DNA of 64,000 bases from Candidatus Poribacteria bacterium (GCA_965205015.1 OZ242029.1:2208001-2272000), one strand, 5' to 3'; shown: positions 30,818-40,299, counted from the stretch's first letter. The notes: generated from the sequence alone by a model not told the origin. Numbers and translations: made by a program.

Positions 30818-32371
30818 ATGAACAACGCGCGTATCACCCACTCGATTTTACTGCTGATCCTTCTCTGGACTGGCACCGGCATCTGCCAAACATCACGAGA
30901 TGACACCACTTTCTACGGCACGTTCGTTGATGCCCAAGATGGACACCCTATTCCGGAGGTTCTCGTCCGCCTTGCGCCTGAAAAAATTGAACGGGTCTAT
31001 CCCGATCAAGAGTTTGAACACGCAACCGTAACGGACACGAAAGGCACCTTTTCGCTCACCATTCCCAGCGAAAACCAAGCCTATCACGCCTTCTCACTCA
31101 TGGCACTCCACCCACAGTATTTGGCGAAGCGCTTACGGAAGGAGATGCCTCCCAGTAAAAGCGAATATAATTTGGGGGTGATTGCGTTGAAGCGGACGCT
31201 ACCCCTGCAAGGCAGCGTTTCTGGTGAGAAAAGTATCAGTGGACTTGTTGTGAACCTGAAGATGCACAACACGTCAGCCGACTTCTTTCGTGCCGCTGCA
31301 CCGATTGAACACGCTGTAAAGACCGATCCCACCGGCAATTTCCATTTTTCCGAGCTCTATCCAATCGAATACACCTTGACAATTTCTCGGGACGGTCTTA
31401 TCATAGCGTTTATAGCGTCCATTCATCCACAAAAACAGGCACAGATTTCTGTCCGTCTACCACAATTGAAGACCTTACGCGGCACAGTTGTCGATGCGCA
31501 CGAACGACCCATAGCGGGCGCACAGATCCACGCAACTCGGCACGCAGAAACGTCTCACGGGCACGGGGGTCTCCTCTCAGCAGCACAAACAAACGAGGCA
31601 GGTAACTTTCAGATGGAGGTCTTAGAGACTGAACCACGACTCCTTTCACTTGAAGTCAGCAAAAAAGGATACTTTTCGAGGGTATACGAGAACGTAGACC
31701 TCGGTAAGATGCCGTCAATTCTACCCCTAAAGAAAGGGGTGAGTATTAAAGGACGTGTGGTCCTCCCGCAGAATATACCCGCTGATGGACAGTATGCTGT
31801 GAAGGTGTTTCCCATAGAGGCACAGATGGAGCCAAGCCTGAACCCATTAGTATTATACAGACCGATTTTGTCAAGACACTTTCCGGTGACAGAATCCGCT
31901 TTTGTGGTTGACGGGCTTTTTGCGGAAAAATATACGCTTTATATCGTTGGAAATGGCATTGCGGCGGCTCGAATTGATGTAGATGCCGCAATGAATACCG
32001 AACAGGTGCTGGTTGTAGCGGATCAGTCCCCAACAACACTACACGGACAAATCTTCTGGGCAGATACAGGTAAACCTATCCACAATGCGATTGTTTCGCG
32101 TTCATGGTATCCTTGGGAATTACACCCCTATGACATGTCAATGACGCTGGATCGGTTTGAAGTGGAAACGGACGTGCACGGCACATTTAAATTCCACAAC
32201 CTAACACAGGCGCGCTATCAACTCCACATCCGTGCTGTTCACGCGATATTTGAAACAGAGACGGAACGCTATCAACGGACGCTTCTTCACAAACGGGTTG
32301 AAATTCCTGCCGCTGGTCCCGAATATCATATCTACATCGGCAGACGAGACGGCACCCCCTTTGCAAAATGA
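30818..32371 (+). CDS. Secreted protein with repeated carboxypeptidase-regulatory-like (beta-sandwich) domains
   Basis: Signal peptide; repeated G.VVD..G.PI.GA and TD..G.F.F motifs. Confidence 0.8.
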   Translation: MNNARITHSILLLILLWTGTGICQTSRDDTTFYGTFVDAQDGHPIPEVLVRLAPEKIERVYPDQEFEHATVTDTKGTFSLTIPSENQAYHAFSLMALHPQYLAKRLRKEMPPSKSEYNLGVIALKRTLPLQGSVSGEKSISGLVVNLKMHNTSADFFRAAAPIEHAVKTDPTGNFHFSELYPIEYTLTISRDGLIIAFIASIHPQKQAQISVRLPQLKTLRGTVVDAHERPIAGAQIHATRHAETSHGHGGLLSAAQTNEAGNFQMEVLETEPRLLSLEVSKKGYFSRVYENVDLGKMPSILPLKKGVSIKGRVVLPQNIPADGQYAVKVFPIEAQMEPSLNPLVLYRPILSRHFPVTESAFVVDGLFAEKYTLYIVGNGIAAARIDVDAAMNTEQVLVVADQSPTTLHGQIFWADTGKPIHNAIVSRSWYPWELHPYDMSMTLDRFEVETDVHGTFKFHNLTQARYQLHIRAVHAIFETETERYQRTLLHKRVEIPAAGPEYHIYIGRRDGTPFAK

Positions 32372-33129
32372 CACATAAGCATTTCTTTACACTCACACTC
32401 ACAGCAATCATCTCCATCTTATTTGTCCTGCTACCGGCAAATGCTGGCTTGCACGGCGTGTATAATGATGGGAAAAGAATCATCACTCAGGAGATTGCCG
32501 TTCCGAAAGCCGCTGGCGGCTACTACCGAAACCCGGGCAAATACATAGCGTCCGAGGACGAAAATCGCTGGTTTGGACCGGAAATCGACAGTCGCGTGCT
32601 TTGTCATAAGACTGCCCATCCCTTTAACGACGCAGGATTCTTTGACATCATCTATACCAGAGAAGAGGCACACGTCTGGCCCTCCTCAAGACCCGGAAAA
32701 GTGTGGTGGTATCGGAAACAGGAGTGGCGTTTCGCAACTGACGACACGCCTTGGGGCACAGACACCGTCCACGTCACCCTCGCATCCGAGATCGGTTGGA
32801 TGGATATCGACGCTACAGACAGCACTACGGGGTTTCCTTGGAGCGGATTCGAGGAGCATTGGCGCGAGGGAGACTTCGTAAAATCCAAGTCGGAAATAAT
32901 CGGTTATTACCCGTACGAGCGCGACGGCGCGAGATACCTCGCGCCGAAATATTACAAAAGCGGAACTTTGGACTACATCTGTGCGACGGGGACGGGATGG
33001 CTTAACTTGAAGGTCCTCAGCCACACCGAAGGACACTTTACGGACCCCGTATTGCGTCCCAAATCCAATCAACTCAGCCGCCGCGAAAAAGGCACAGACA
33101 ATTGGTACGACTGTCTACCGCTGAAATAG
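32368..33129 (+). CDS. Secreted hypothetical protein, family A copy 1
   Basis: Signal peptide (ANA|G); ATGA overlap with upstream gene; clear paralogue at 34581. Confidence 0.85.
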   Translation: MTHKHFFTLTLTAIISILFVLLPANAGLHGVYNDGKRIITQEIAVPKAAGGYYRNPGKYIASEDENRWFGPEIDSRVLCHKTAHPFNDAGFFDIIYTREEAHVWPSSRPGKVWWYRKQEWRFATDDTPWGTDTVHVTLASEIGWMDIDATDSTTGFPWSGFEEHWREGDFVKSKSEIIGYYPYERDGARYLAPKYYKSGTLDYICATGTGWLNLKVLSHTEGHFTDPVLRPKSNQLSRREKGTDNWYDCLPLK

Positions 33130-33216
33130 TTATTTTCTGCGGATGGGATAGTAAAAAGGGCAGGGTTTCACCGGATCCGATAAAAAAATACCCATCTCAG
33201 TGTCAACGTTAGCAAC

Positions 33217-33720
33217 TCATCGCGTCGGATCAAAAATGAACTTAAAGGTTTCTTCGTCCGGATCTTTCCCTTCGGCTTTGAGTGCCTGAATATCGGCTTC
33301 AATATCTGCGATCGCCTCGTTTTGATGTTCAATAATCTCTTTCGGATACTTCTTATCCGTCGCGATTTCCAAAAGTAAGGTGTTCAGGGTGAGTGCTTGC
33401 GGGAGCGTATACACCCCAGCACTGTCCATTTCAAACAGCAATTCGGCATACGCTTCGGACTTCGGATGCCCATCATGGAGAATACGCGATGCCTCTTTTA
33501 GCGCGGTTAACGCCCCTGCCGGATTGGTGTCCTTGAGTTCGATATACTTCGCAATCGCATCTTCGGATGCCGCAGCGCGAGCTTCCAGGGTCGATACCGT
33601 TTCCGTGGCTTCCTGTGCCGGTAATGGCTCTGAGGGAGCTGTCGAAACCGGGGACTCGGTGTCCTGACACCCGAATACAAATAGTAGACTGAAGACGATT
33701 AGAAAAAAAACAAATCGCAT
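33217..33720 (-). CDS. Hypothetical lipoprotein
   Basis: MRFVFFLIVFSLLFVFGC lipobox, GGAGG RBS, helical body. Confidence 0.8.
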   Translation of the reverse strand: MRFVFFLIVFSLLFVFGCQDTESPVSTAPSEPLPAQEATETVSTLEARAAASEDAIAKYIELKDTNPAGALTALKEASRILHDGHPKSEAYAELLFEMDSAGVYTLPQALTLNTLLLEIATDKKYPKEIIEHQNEAIADIEADIQALKAEGKDPDEETFKFIFDPTR

Positions 33721-33888
33721 CTAATACCTCCTGTGATGCTATCCACTTCTGAGGAAATGCTGATAATTACTTTTTTGTTGGCGAGTCAGAACGAGAACTT
33801 CATTTTTTTTAGCGGAAGTAGTTGATGCCGGAAAAAAGTCGTCAACTTCGCAGGAAAGTGATACAATACATAGCGGAGAGCTGCTTTG

Positions 33889-34578
33889 ATGAGAAACATC
33901 GCACACGCATTAAACGCACTTATCATCTTTTATATCCTCTTCCTTTTGCAAGGGAACGTGAATGCCGCGTTTTGGGAAGACCACTTTGAACAAGAAGCAG
34001 TGGAGGACTGGCAGCACGTCGGAAACGATTCCGTCTGGACGGTCGAGGATGGGTTTTTAAGGGCAGAAATTCAGGCACAGAACCAATGGAGTGTCATATT
34101 TGAACGCTATCAACTCATCGCCTATCCCGGTCCCTATAATGATTTTACAATTACGCTTGCAACCGTCGGTGCAGCGCGCGCTCGATTCGGTATTGCACTC
34201 GCAAAGCATTTCCGAAATCCTGTGACCGAAATGGAGGAGGACGGCTACTACCTCTTTTTCACAAACGATATGCAAGCTTCGAGAGGCGGAGGCGTGTTTG
34301 TCGGACCCGAACGACGTTGGGACACCGACGCACTCCAACAGATGGAACTCCACTTCAAGGACGGCAGATTTCAATTGAGTGCCGACGGTGAATTACGTCT
34401 CGACTTCAGGGATGCAAACTTCGACCACATTGATACGATCGCCTTCGTGCTCGCTGGATTTGTCACAGAGGACGTTAACACGGGGAGCGCGTGGGTAGAC
34501 ACGTTTACGATTGATGGACTCGCCGTCTCACCAAAACGGAAATTAACAACCACATGGGCAAGTTTGAAGCAAGAATAG
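33889..34578 (+). CDS. Secreted hypothetical protein, family B copy 1 (concanavalin-A/DUF1080-like beta-sandwich) with C-terminal KLTTTW motif
   Basis: Signal peptide; WEDHF, W.V.DG.L; ends AVSPKRKLTTTWASLKQE. Confidence 0.8.
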   Translation: MRNIAHALNALIIFYILFLLQGNVNAAFWEDHFEQEAVEDWQHVGNDSVWTVEDGFLRAEIQAQNQWSVIFERYQLIAYPGPYNDFTITLATVGAARARFGIALAKHFRNPVTEMEEDGYYLFFTNDMQASRGGGVFVGPERRWDTDALQQMELHFKDGRFQLSADGELRLDFRDANFDHIDTIAFVLAGFVTEDVNTGSAWVDTFTIDGLAVSPKRKLTTTWASLKQE

Positions 34579-34580
34579 CA

Positions 34581-35324
34581 ATGTTACGAAAAAACTTGGA
34601 TCTGATTTTCGATGCATTTTTACTCGTGGTGGTTCTCGGGGTCGTATTTTGGACCACCCATGCCGGAGCGAGATTGAATCCCGGGGAAAGTGCCAAACCC
34701 GCGAATTCAGGGTCCTATTATAGAACCCCGGGTGTAAATGGCACGTGGTTCGGACCTGAAGTCAACTCACTGACCCTCTGCTCGGGTGTTCATAACCCCT
34801 TTAACAATAGAGGTCGGTTCGACATCGTGGAAACCATTGAAAGTGCAGCGGTTTCCCGTTCAAGCATCCGAGGCGCGCTCCGTTGGTATCGTGGGCAGCG
34901 GTGGTATTTCAGCACAGACGACACACCGTGGGGCACGAACTTCTCCTATATTACACTCCGCGACGATTTAGGATGGGATGAAATTAGTGTAGGCGGCGGA
35001 ACAACGGGCTATCCGTGGAGCGGCGTTGAACGACACTGGCGGGACGGGAACATTATCCGAGCGCAAGCCTCCGTCATCGGTTGGCGGCGGTATGCCCGCG
35101 GCGCAGAACGATGGGTCTGCCCGATGTACTACAAAATCGGCGGATGGGAAGGTGAACCCCTTGAAGTCAACTGCAAAACCCTCAGAACATGGTTTCCCCC
35201 AGACTGGAACGTCCTGAAACAGAAAGATGGAGACTTCGGTCCCCCTGTCGAGCGCAAACCCGGGGTCCTGAGTCGGAAAGGAAAGAAAACACAACAGTGG
35301 TACGACTGCATCAAAATCAATTAG
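34581..35324 (+). CDS. Secreted hypothetical protein, family A copy 2
   Basis: Shares YYR.PG, WFGPE, PFN, TDDTPWGT, TG.PWSG.E.HWR.G, P.YYK and WYDC with 32368. Confidence 0.85.
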   Translation: MLRKNLDLIFDAFLLVVVLGVVFWTTHAGARLNPGESAKPANSGSYYRTPGVNGTWFGPEVNSLTLCSGVHNPFNNRGRFDIVETIESAAVSRSSIRGALRWYRGQRWYFSTDDTPWGTNFSYITLRDDLGWDEISVGGGTTGYPWSGVERHWRDGNIIRAQASVIGWRRYARGAERWVCPMYYKIGGWEGEPLEVNCKTLRTWFPPDWNVLKQKDGDFGPPVERKPGVLSRKGKKTQQWYDCIKIN

Positions 35325-35327
35325 CCC

Positions 35328-36029
35328 ATGCGAAACAAAAGCCGAACGATCTTCATACTTCTTTATACGCTCATTAACTGCGCCCTTTCCGTCTCCGCCG
35401 AGACATGGCACGACGATTTTGATGCCGAAAAGCCTGAAGCGTGGCGGGTCGTCGGAAACGATTCCATTTGGAAAGTCAGCGACGGATTCTTACACGCAGA
35501 GGTTAAACGGGAGTGGGATGTGCAATACGAACTCTACCAATTCATCGCACTCCCGCCACCCTATAGAAACTTCACAATCACGATCAACGACTTCGGGGGT
35601 GACAAAACACGTTTCGGTTTTTGTGTAGGACGCCGTTTTCCGGATACCCCGAAAGCGGATCCGTTCTTCTACGTGTTTTTCCCAGATGAAATCAGAGCGA
35701 GGCGTTTTGACGGTAAAGGGAGCAGCCATCCATTCCAAATTCGGCTCTCCAGAGAGCCGCGCACCCGCTGGGAAACGGATGCCCTCTCAAAGATGGAACT
35801 CCGATTTAATGCTGGACATTTTATAGTGTTCGCAGATGGCAAACTCCGCACAGCGTTCCAAGACGCGAACTTTGATAAGATCGAGATTCTCGGTTTCGTC
35901 ATGGAGGGCATCAATATCGCAAACGAATGGGTCGGCGCGGCGTGGGCGGATTCCTTCACCATCTCCGGACTGAACGTCTCTCCAGAGATAAAATTGACCC
36001 TAATATGGGGACGACTCAAGCAGAGATGA
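35328..36029 (+). CDS. Secreted hypothetical protein, family B copy 2
   Basis: Shares VGNDS.W.V.DGFL, RW.TDAL, F.DANFD.I and AW.D.FTI with 33889; ends NVSPEIKLTLIWGRLKQR. Confidence 0.8.
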   Translation: MRNKSRTIFILLYTLINCALSVSAETWHDDFDAEKPEAWRVVGNDSIWKVSDGFLHAEVKREWDVQYELYQFIALPPPYRNFTITINDFGGDKTRFGFCVGRRFPDTPKADPFFYVFFPDEIRARRFDGKGSSHPFQIRLSREPRTRWETDALSKMELRFNAGHFIVFADGKLRTAFQDANFDKIEILGFVMEGINIANEWVGAAWADSFTISGLNVSPEIKLTLIWGRLKQR

Positions 36030-36051
36030 TAGCACCCGGTTCAGGTGGGGC

Positions 36052-36465
36052 ATGCGGAAGACAGTCTGCGGACTTACCGGGAAATTGTATCCATGGGGCG
36101 ATACGTATGAGGCAACCCACGCAAACCACGGACGGCATCACAACGCTCCGATCGCTGTCGGGCAGTACCCACCCAACGGCTACGGTCTATACGATATGGC
36201 AGGTAACATTTCCGAGTGGTGTCTTGATGAGTATGATCCCGACTACTATACAACAGCCCCGCGTGAAAATCCATTTCCAAACGAGACGATCAAAGCGACC
36301 ATCGATGATTTCAAAAACGTGAAAGACAAAAACCGAGTGCTGCGTGGGGGTTGCTGGAGCGATAACGGATTATTTTTGCGAGTCGCTTACCGTGACTGGG
36401 GACCGCAAAACTACACGAGCGTCTTCCGCGGGTTCCGATGCGTGAAGGACATCCCACTTAAATAG
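36052..36465 (+). pseudogene. 5'-truncated formylglycine-generating-enzyme (SUMF1/FGE-sulfatase) domain gene
   Basis: YPWGD, PNGYGLYDMAGNISEW, RVLRGG.W and GFRCV present; N-terminal half and RLPTEAEWE motif missing. Confidence 0.75.
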
Positions 36466-36771
36466 ATCGGTGAACTTCCCGTCCTTAATATCCTCAAGGG
36501 CCTCCTTGCGAAGATATTCCAAAGCTATCAAAGCCTCCTGTAGTTTACCAATGAGGATTTTCAGCAGAGCGTTTTTCGTTTGTCCTTTGCATTCCACCCC
36601 GGGAACGTCCGGAATCCATCCCCTCCACTCATTCCCTTCTTTTCTAAGATGAACGGTATAGGATTCACCAAAGTCCGGATCCTTAATTTCGATAGTGTGA
36701 ACGCGTTTGCTTTTGATCTGCTTGTCCGGCAAACTATGATCTGTGACTTGTTTACTTATGACGCGTGTCAT
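36370..36771 (-). CDS. HicB-like antitoxin (orphan); C-terminus overlaps the FGE fragment
   Basis: YTVHLRKEGNEWRGWIPDVPGVECKGQTK matches the HicB N-terminal fold; GGAG RBS. Confidence 0.6.
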   Translation of the reverse strand: MTRVISKQVTDHSLPDKQIKSKRVHTIEIKDPDFGESYTVHLRKEGNEWRGWIPDVPGVECKGQTKNALLKILIGKLQEALIALEYLRKEALEDIKDGKFTDLFKWDVLHASEPAEDARVVLRSPVTVSDSQK

Positions 36772-36884
36772 ACGAATCTGCTCCTTTTCTGATGATCAAA
36801 CTCTGCTTTTAACTCGTTAACAAATAGTATACCACACAAGCAGGGAAATCACATACAAATGTTTGAAATTCCGACAACTGACAA

Positions 36885-38603
36885 CTACCTAAAAAACTCC
36901 CGCTGCTCCCCACCGAAATGCCGCTCCGACTTCTGACTCGGACGAATCCGCCATTCCATCGGCAGCCGAACGAACGTATTGATAATCTCAGGATTCTCAA
37001 AATACGCATCATCGATCTGCCAGAACTGGAGACGCGAATAGTTCCGTCCATTATGCGCAAAACTCCCCATCTTCTCCGCCTGCTGCCGCATCCCCGCACT
37101 GATAGGCGTAATTGTGATAAAGATCCCGATCTCCGCATTGTTCTCGTGCATCACCTGACAAAAAGCGCGCACCTGTGTAATCGAGGGTCTCCCCGTCTTG
37201 ACCTCCGCAAGAATCCGAGCATCTGATTCCTTCATCTGCTGTGTGTTCCATAACGTCATATACCCAACACCATCATGTCCACCATCACCGACATCCCGTG
37301 TTGGTCTCAAGCCGAGTCGTGTCACCGCCCAATTCGAGAAATCGTGATATTTCCGTTTATCGCCATCCTTCAAGAACCGCCGGACCTCCTGCATGTTAGT
37401 CGGATACCCCTCGATTTGATAATCGACTGAAGTCTCCAATCCGTGTCGGTCTGCCAACCGTTGACGTATTGGGTCCAACGCCAAAATCGTTAGGTCAATA
37501 CCGATCCAATTCCGCTTGAGCGTATGCGCCGCGTCGATCGTCGTGCCACACCCACAGAACGGATCCAAAATAATGTCCGCTTCGTTGCTGGACGCGCTTA
37601 TCAGACGCTCATAAAGCGCGAGTGGCTTCTGCGTCGGATAACCCAAGCGTTCTTTTGATTTGCTCGTGAGGGGATTTATATCTGTGATAATATCGTGTAC
37701 CCTTCTCCCCTTTGACGTAGACAAATATCGCTTGAATCTTGGGATTTTACCATTGGGAGGCCAGTAAATCAGCCCATTTGCATCCAACGTATCAAGTTTT
37801 TCGTGAACTGAGAGCGACTCATAATTCTCAGGCGGTTCAACGCCTTCGGGCCATGCTTCTCTGCGTGGTGCCCGCCAGTGATTCCCGACAGTATTTGGAT
37901 CCACATCCCGCCACGGCTGACCGGATTCGCCAAGTCTAACTCCTGAGGCATTTAGATCGCCAACTTGGTAAAATCCCCTTTCATCCTGATGGCGATAGGC
38001 TCTTTTCACATACTCAGGATCGTGATCCATATAGACAGGATTCCATACTGTTTGCTTACTCTTGCTATAGAACAGAATTGTGTCATGGACCCTGCCATAC
38101 TGCTTGCCGTCGTTATGGGCATTGGTGCGTTGCCAGATAATCTCGTTCCTGAAATTCTCCACCCCAAAGATAACGTCCATCACACCCTTGAGATAGTGGC
38201 TTGCAGTCGGGTCGCAGTGCAGATAGATGCTCCCCTTTTGCGTCAGGATACGGTGCATCTCAGCAAGTCGCGGTCCCATAAACGCCAGATACGCACGCAT
38301 CGCACCGCTATTCCCCGACACAGCGCGGCGGAGAACCAAGTCGTACCCCTTGAGGCATTCATCGAGTGCCTTGTAGGTATCACTGGTGTATGCGTAGTGT
38401 TCGATGTCAGCGCGAGCGTCCTGAGCCGCCGTATCCCACGTCCACGTATCCGTAAACGCCTTCTTCTGCGCCAGCGAATCCCCGATGAACGAATTATAAT
38501 CCCGTCCACTATTAAACGGCGGATCCGTACAGATGAGGTCCACCCGTCCCGCATCCATCTCTCGCAGTATCTCTAAGTTATCACCGAAGTAGAGTTTGTT
38601 CAT
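36885..38603 (-). CDS. Beta-class N6/N4 DNA methyltransferase fused to an Mrr-like PD-(D/E)xK endonuclease
   Basis: GDNL, DPPFNS (motif IV), YPTQKP, DPFCGCGTT (motif I); C-terminal DGGHDG...AEVKTG. Confidence 0.88.
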   Translation of the reverse strand: MNKLYFGDNLEILREMDAGRVDLICTDPPFNSGRDYNSFIGDSLAQKKAFTDTWTWDTAAQDARADIEHYAYTSDTYKALDECLKGYDLVLRRAVSGNSGAMRAYLAFMGPRLAEMHRILTQKGSIYLHCDPTASHYLKGVMDVIFGVENFRNEIIWQRTNAHNDGKQYGRVHDTILFYSKSKQTVWNPVYMDHDPEYVKRAYRHQDERGFYQVGDLNASGVRLGESGQPWRDVDPNTVGNHWRAPRREAWPEGVEPPENYESLSVHEKLDTLDANGLIYWPPNGKIPRFKRYLSTSKGRRVHDIITDINPLTSKSKERLGYPTQKPLALYERLISASSNEADIILDPFCGCGTTIDAAHTLKRNWIGIDLTILALDPIRQRLADRHGLETSVDYQIEGYPTNMQEVRRFLKDGDKRKYHDFSNWAVTRLGLRPTRDVGDGGHDGVGYMTLWNTQQMKESDARILAEVKTGRPSITQVRAFCQVMHENNAEIGIFITITPISAGMRQQAEKMGSFAHNGRNYSRLQFWQIDDAYFENPEIINTFVRLPMEWRIRPSQKSERHFGGEQREFFR

Positions 38604-38751
38604 TCGTATTCTTCCACGAACTTGTCACTGCTGGTTTTTCCTTTACCGATTCCACTTCCTTAATAGTAGCTCCGCTACATCCTAAACGACCTAATAAGAA
38701 AACTACTAAAGCTATAAATAGAGGAACAGCAAGGAAACCCCAATTCATCAT
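38581..38751 (-). CDS. Small single-pass membrane protein (about 56 aa)
   Basis: ATG 1 bp after the upstream stop; hydrophobic N-terminus; overlaps the methyltransferase start. Confidence 0.4.
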   Translation of the reverse strand: MMNWGFLAVPLFIALVVFLLGRLGCSGATIKEVESVKEKPAVTSSWKNTNEQTLLR

Positions 38752-38752
38752 T

Positions 38753-39382
38753 CTATCTATCCATTTTGTCATTATTCTGATCTCCTTTGTCAAAATTCTT
38801 CTCTATTCTATACCATTTGTGTAACCCAAAACATAAAAGCACAGCTAGAAATATGGGGTAGATGAGAAACAGAAGGTAAAGTTCGTTAGCCAAATTGTAT
38901 AATCCAAATCCCATCAATACCGTAAAGCACACAAAGAAAAGACCTGGAACAGTAAGTTCAATTACGGACCTTTGCCAATAGGTATTTATTTTTTCATCAT
39001 CGCCTAGAAATTCCCATTCGTTTCTGAAAAATTTATATTCCAATTCATTTTCTAATTTCTTTAACGCTTCATATTTTCGGGAATTCACTCGGAGGTAAGA
39101 GTTTATGGAAAAACACCATATCCAAGATAAAGATAAGCCCAATACTCCCAAGGCTACGATGAGATTTTCAATTGATATTATTTGCAAAAGTTCAGTAGGC
39201 AATTTGTCTTTGTTCTGTAAAAACGCTGAAAAAATTAGAGCTAACCCAGACATTATTAAGATATAGAAGCGATTTGTTGTAGTTCGGCGGTTACTTATGC
39301 TGTTGGCTAACTGTGCTTGGAGTTTGTAGATTTCTATTAATCGTTCCTGCCTTCGGTCCAATTGTTCCGGTTCTGTGCTCAT
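38753..39382 (-). CDS. Small integral membrane protein resembling the RipA-type octameric membrane protein family
   Basis: EIYKL...ISNRR...NRFY, W...INSY...NSRKY..LKKLE..L...F..EW..LG pattern; 4 TM helices; AT-rich. Confidence 0.65.
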   Translation of the reverse strand: MSTEPEQLDRRQERLIEIYKLQAQLANSISNRRTTTNRFYILIMSGLALIFSAFLQNKDKLPTELLQIISIENLIVALGVLGLSLSWIWCFSINSYLRVNSRKYEALKKLENELEYKFFRNEWEFLGDDEKINTYWQRSVIELTVPGLFFVCFTVLMGFGLYNLANELYLLFLIYPIFLAVLLCFGLHKWYRIEKNFDKGDQNNDKMDR

Positions 39383-39722
39383 CTTTATGCTACCTTTCGT
39401 GTTCTAACAACGTGTTAGAATGCAAATCGTTTCCTATCCAGTTTGCTATTACATAGTTGAGTTTTGGATTATGAATCCTTCATTTTCCAAGTCCAGCCCT
39501 CTTATTCTCACTGTTAGAATAAGAAGTCAACAAAAAAGGAGAATTTCTGCTTCCTAACAGTGCCACTCGAAGGTTGGCTGGAATAGTATATCACAAAAGG
39601 AATAGAAAGTTACAAATTTTTACACCGCGCCTCTACATCCTTCACCACTTTCCTGCTTTGGTCCCACTATCACGAGCGGATAATATTTTATAGGGACAAC
39701 AAATGATTAAAAACTATACATT

Positions 39723-39751
39723 AGTATAGCACATAGCAAACGCAAAGTCAA
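39723..39751 (-). promoter_or_regulatory. Sigma-70-type promoter reading towards the membrane protein/methyltransferase module
   Basis: TTGACT-17 bp-TATACT with TG extension. Confidence 0.6.
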
Positions 39752-40270
39752 GCGAAAAGTCCAAATTCACAAAGCCTTTCAGTTTTCGGTGGAGTGATGG
39801 GAACCTGTATGGAAGCATCGAATACTTCTGGATTTAATGGGATCTTCGGGTGATATAGGGTATATTAGGTTGCGGCGTAAGGTTCTGTGAGAGAGATATG
39901 AAAATTTCACAGTAAGTATTTGAGAAAAGGTCTATGTGACCCTCTCGAAACGTAGGTGCGGTATAGGGTGAGAGCGGTTTGGAGGATATTGACTTTTTGG
40001 GTGTTTACTGTGAAATTTTAAAAATGGAAACTCGGTCCGATTGCTTGTAAACCCAGTCATGGTATGGGTTTAGAACCTGATTGGGGAGTCAGTCATTTTT
40101 TAGGTTACTGTGAAAATATTGTTTTGTTGAATTATATATAACATATTGATATATATGTCCTATCTTGATTTCGCTAAACGGACGGATCCCGCAAATATCA
40201 AAAAGTTTACAATTAGGTATGCCCTGAGTAGTTAGCAAGATTTTCTAACCACGCTGAATAAAAAATAAAT

Positions 40271-40299
40271 TTGCATCCTCAAATTAAATATATTATCAT
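40271..40299 (+). promoter_or_regulatory. Putative promoter
   Basis: TTGCAT-17 bp-TATCAT, 24 bp before ATG 40324. Confidence 0.5.

Noticed and set aside
39401-39420. Integron attC site (TTCTAAC...GTTAGAA)
   Set aside because: The cores are only 5 bp apart, far shorter than an attC, and there is no integrase or cassette array.
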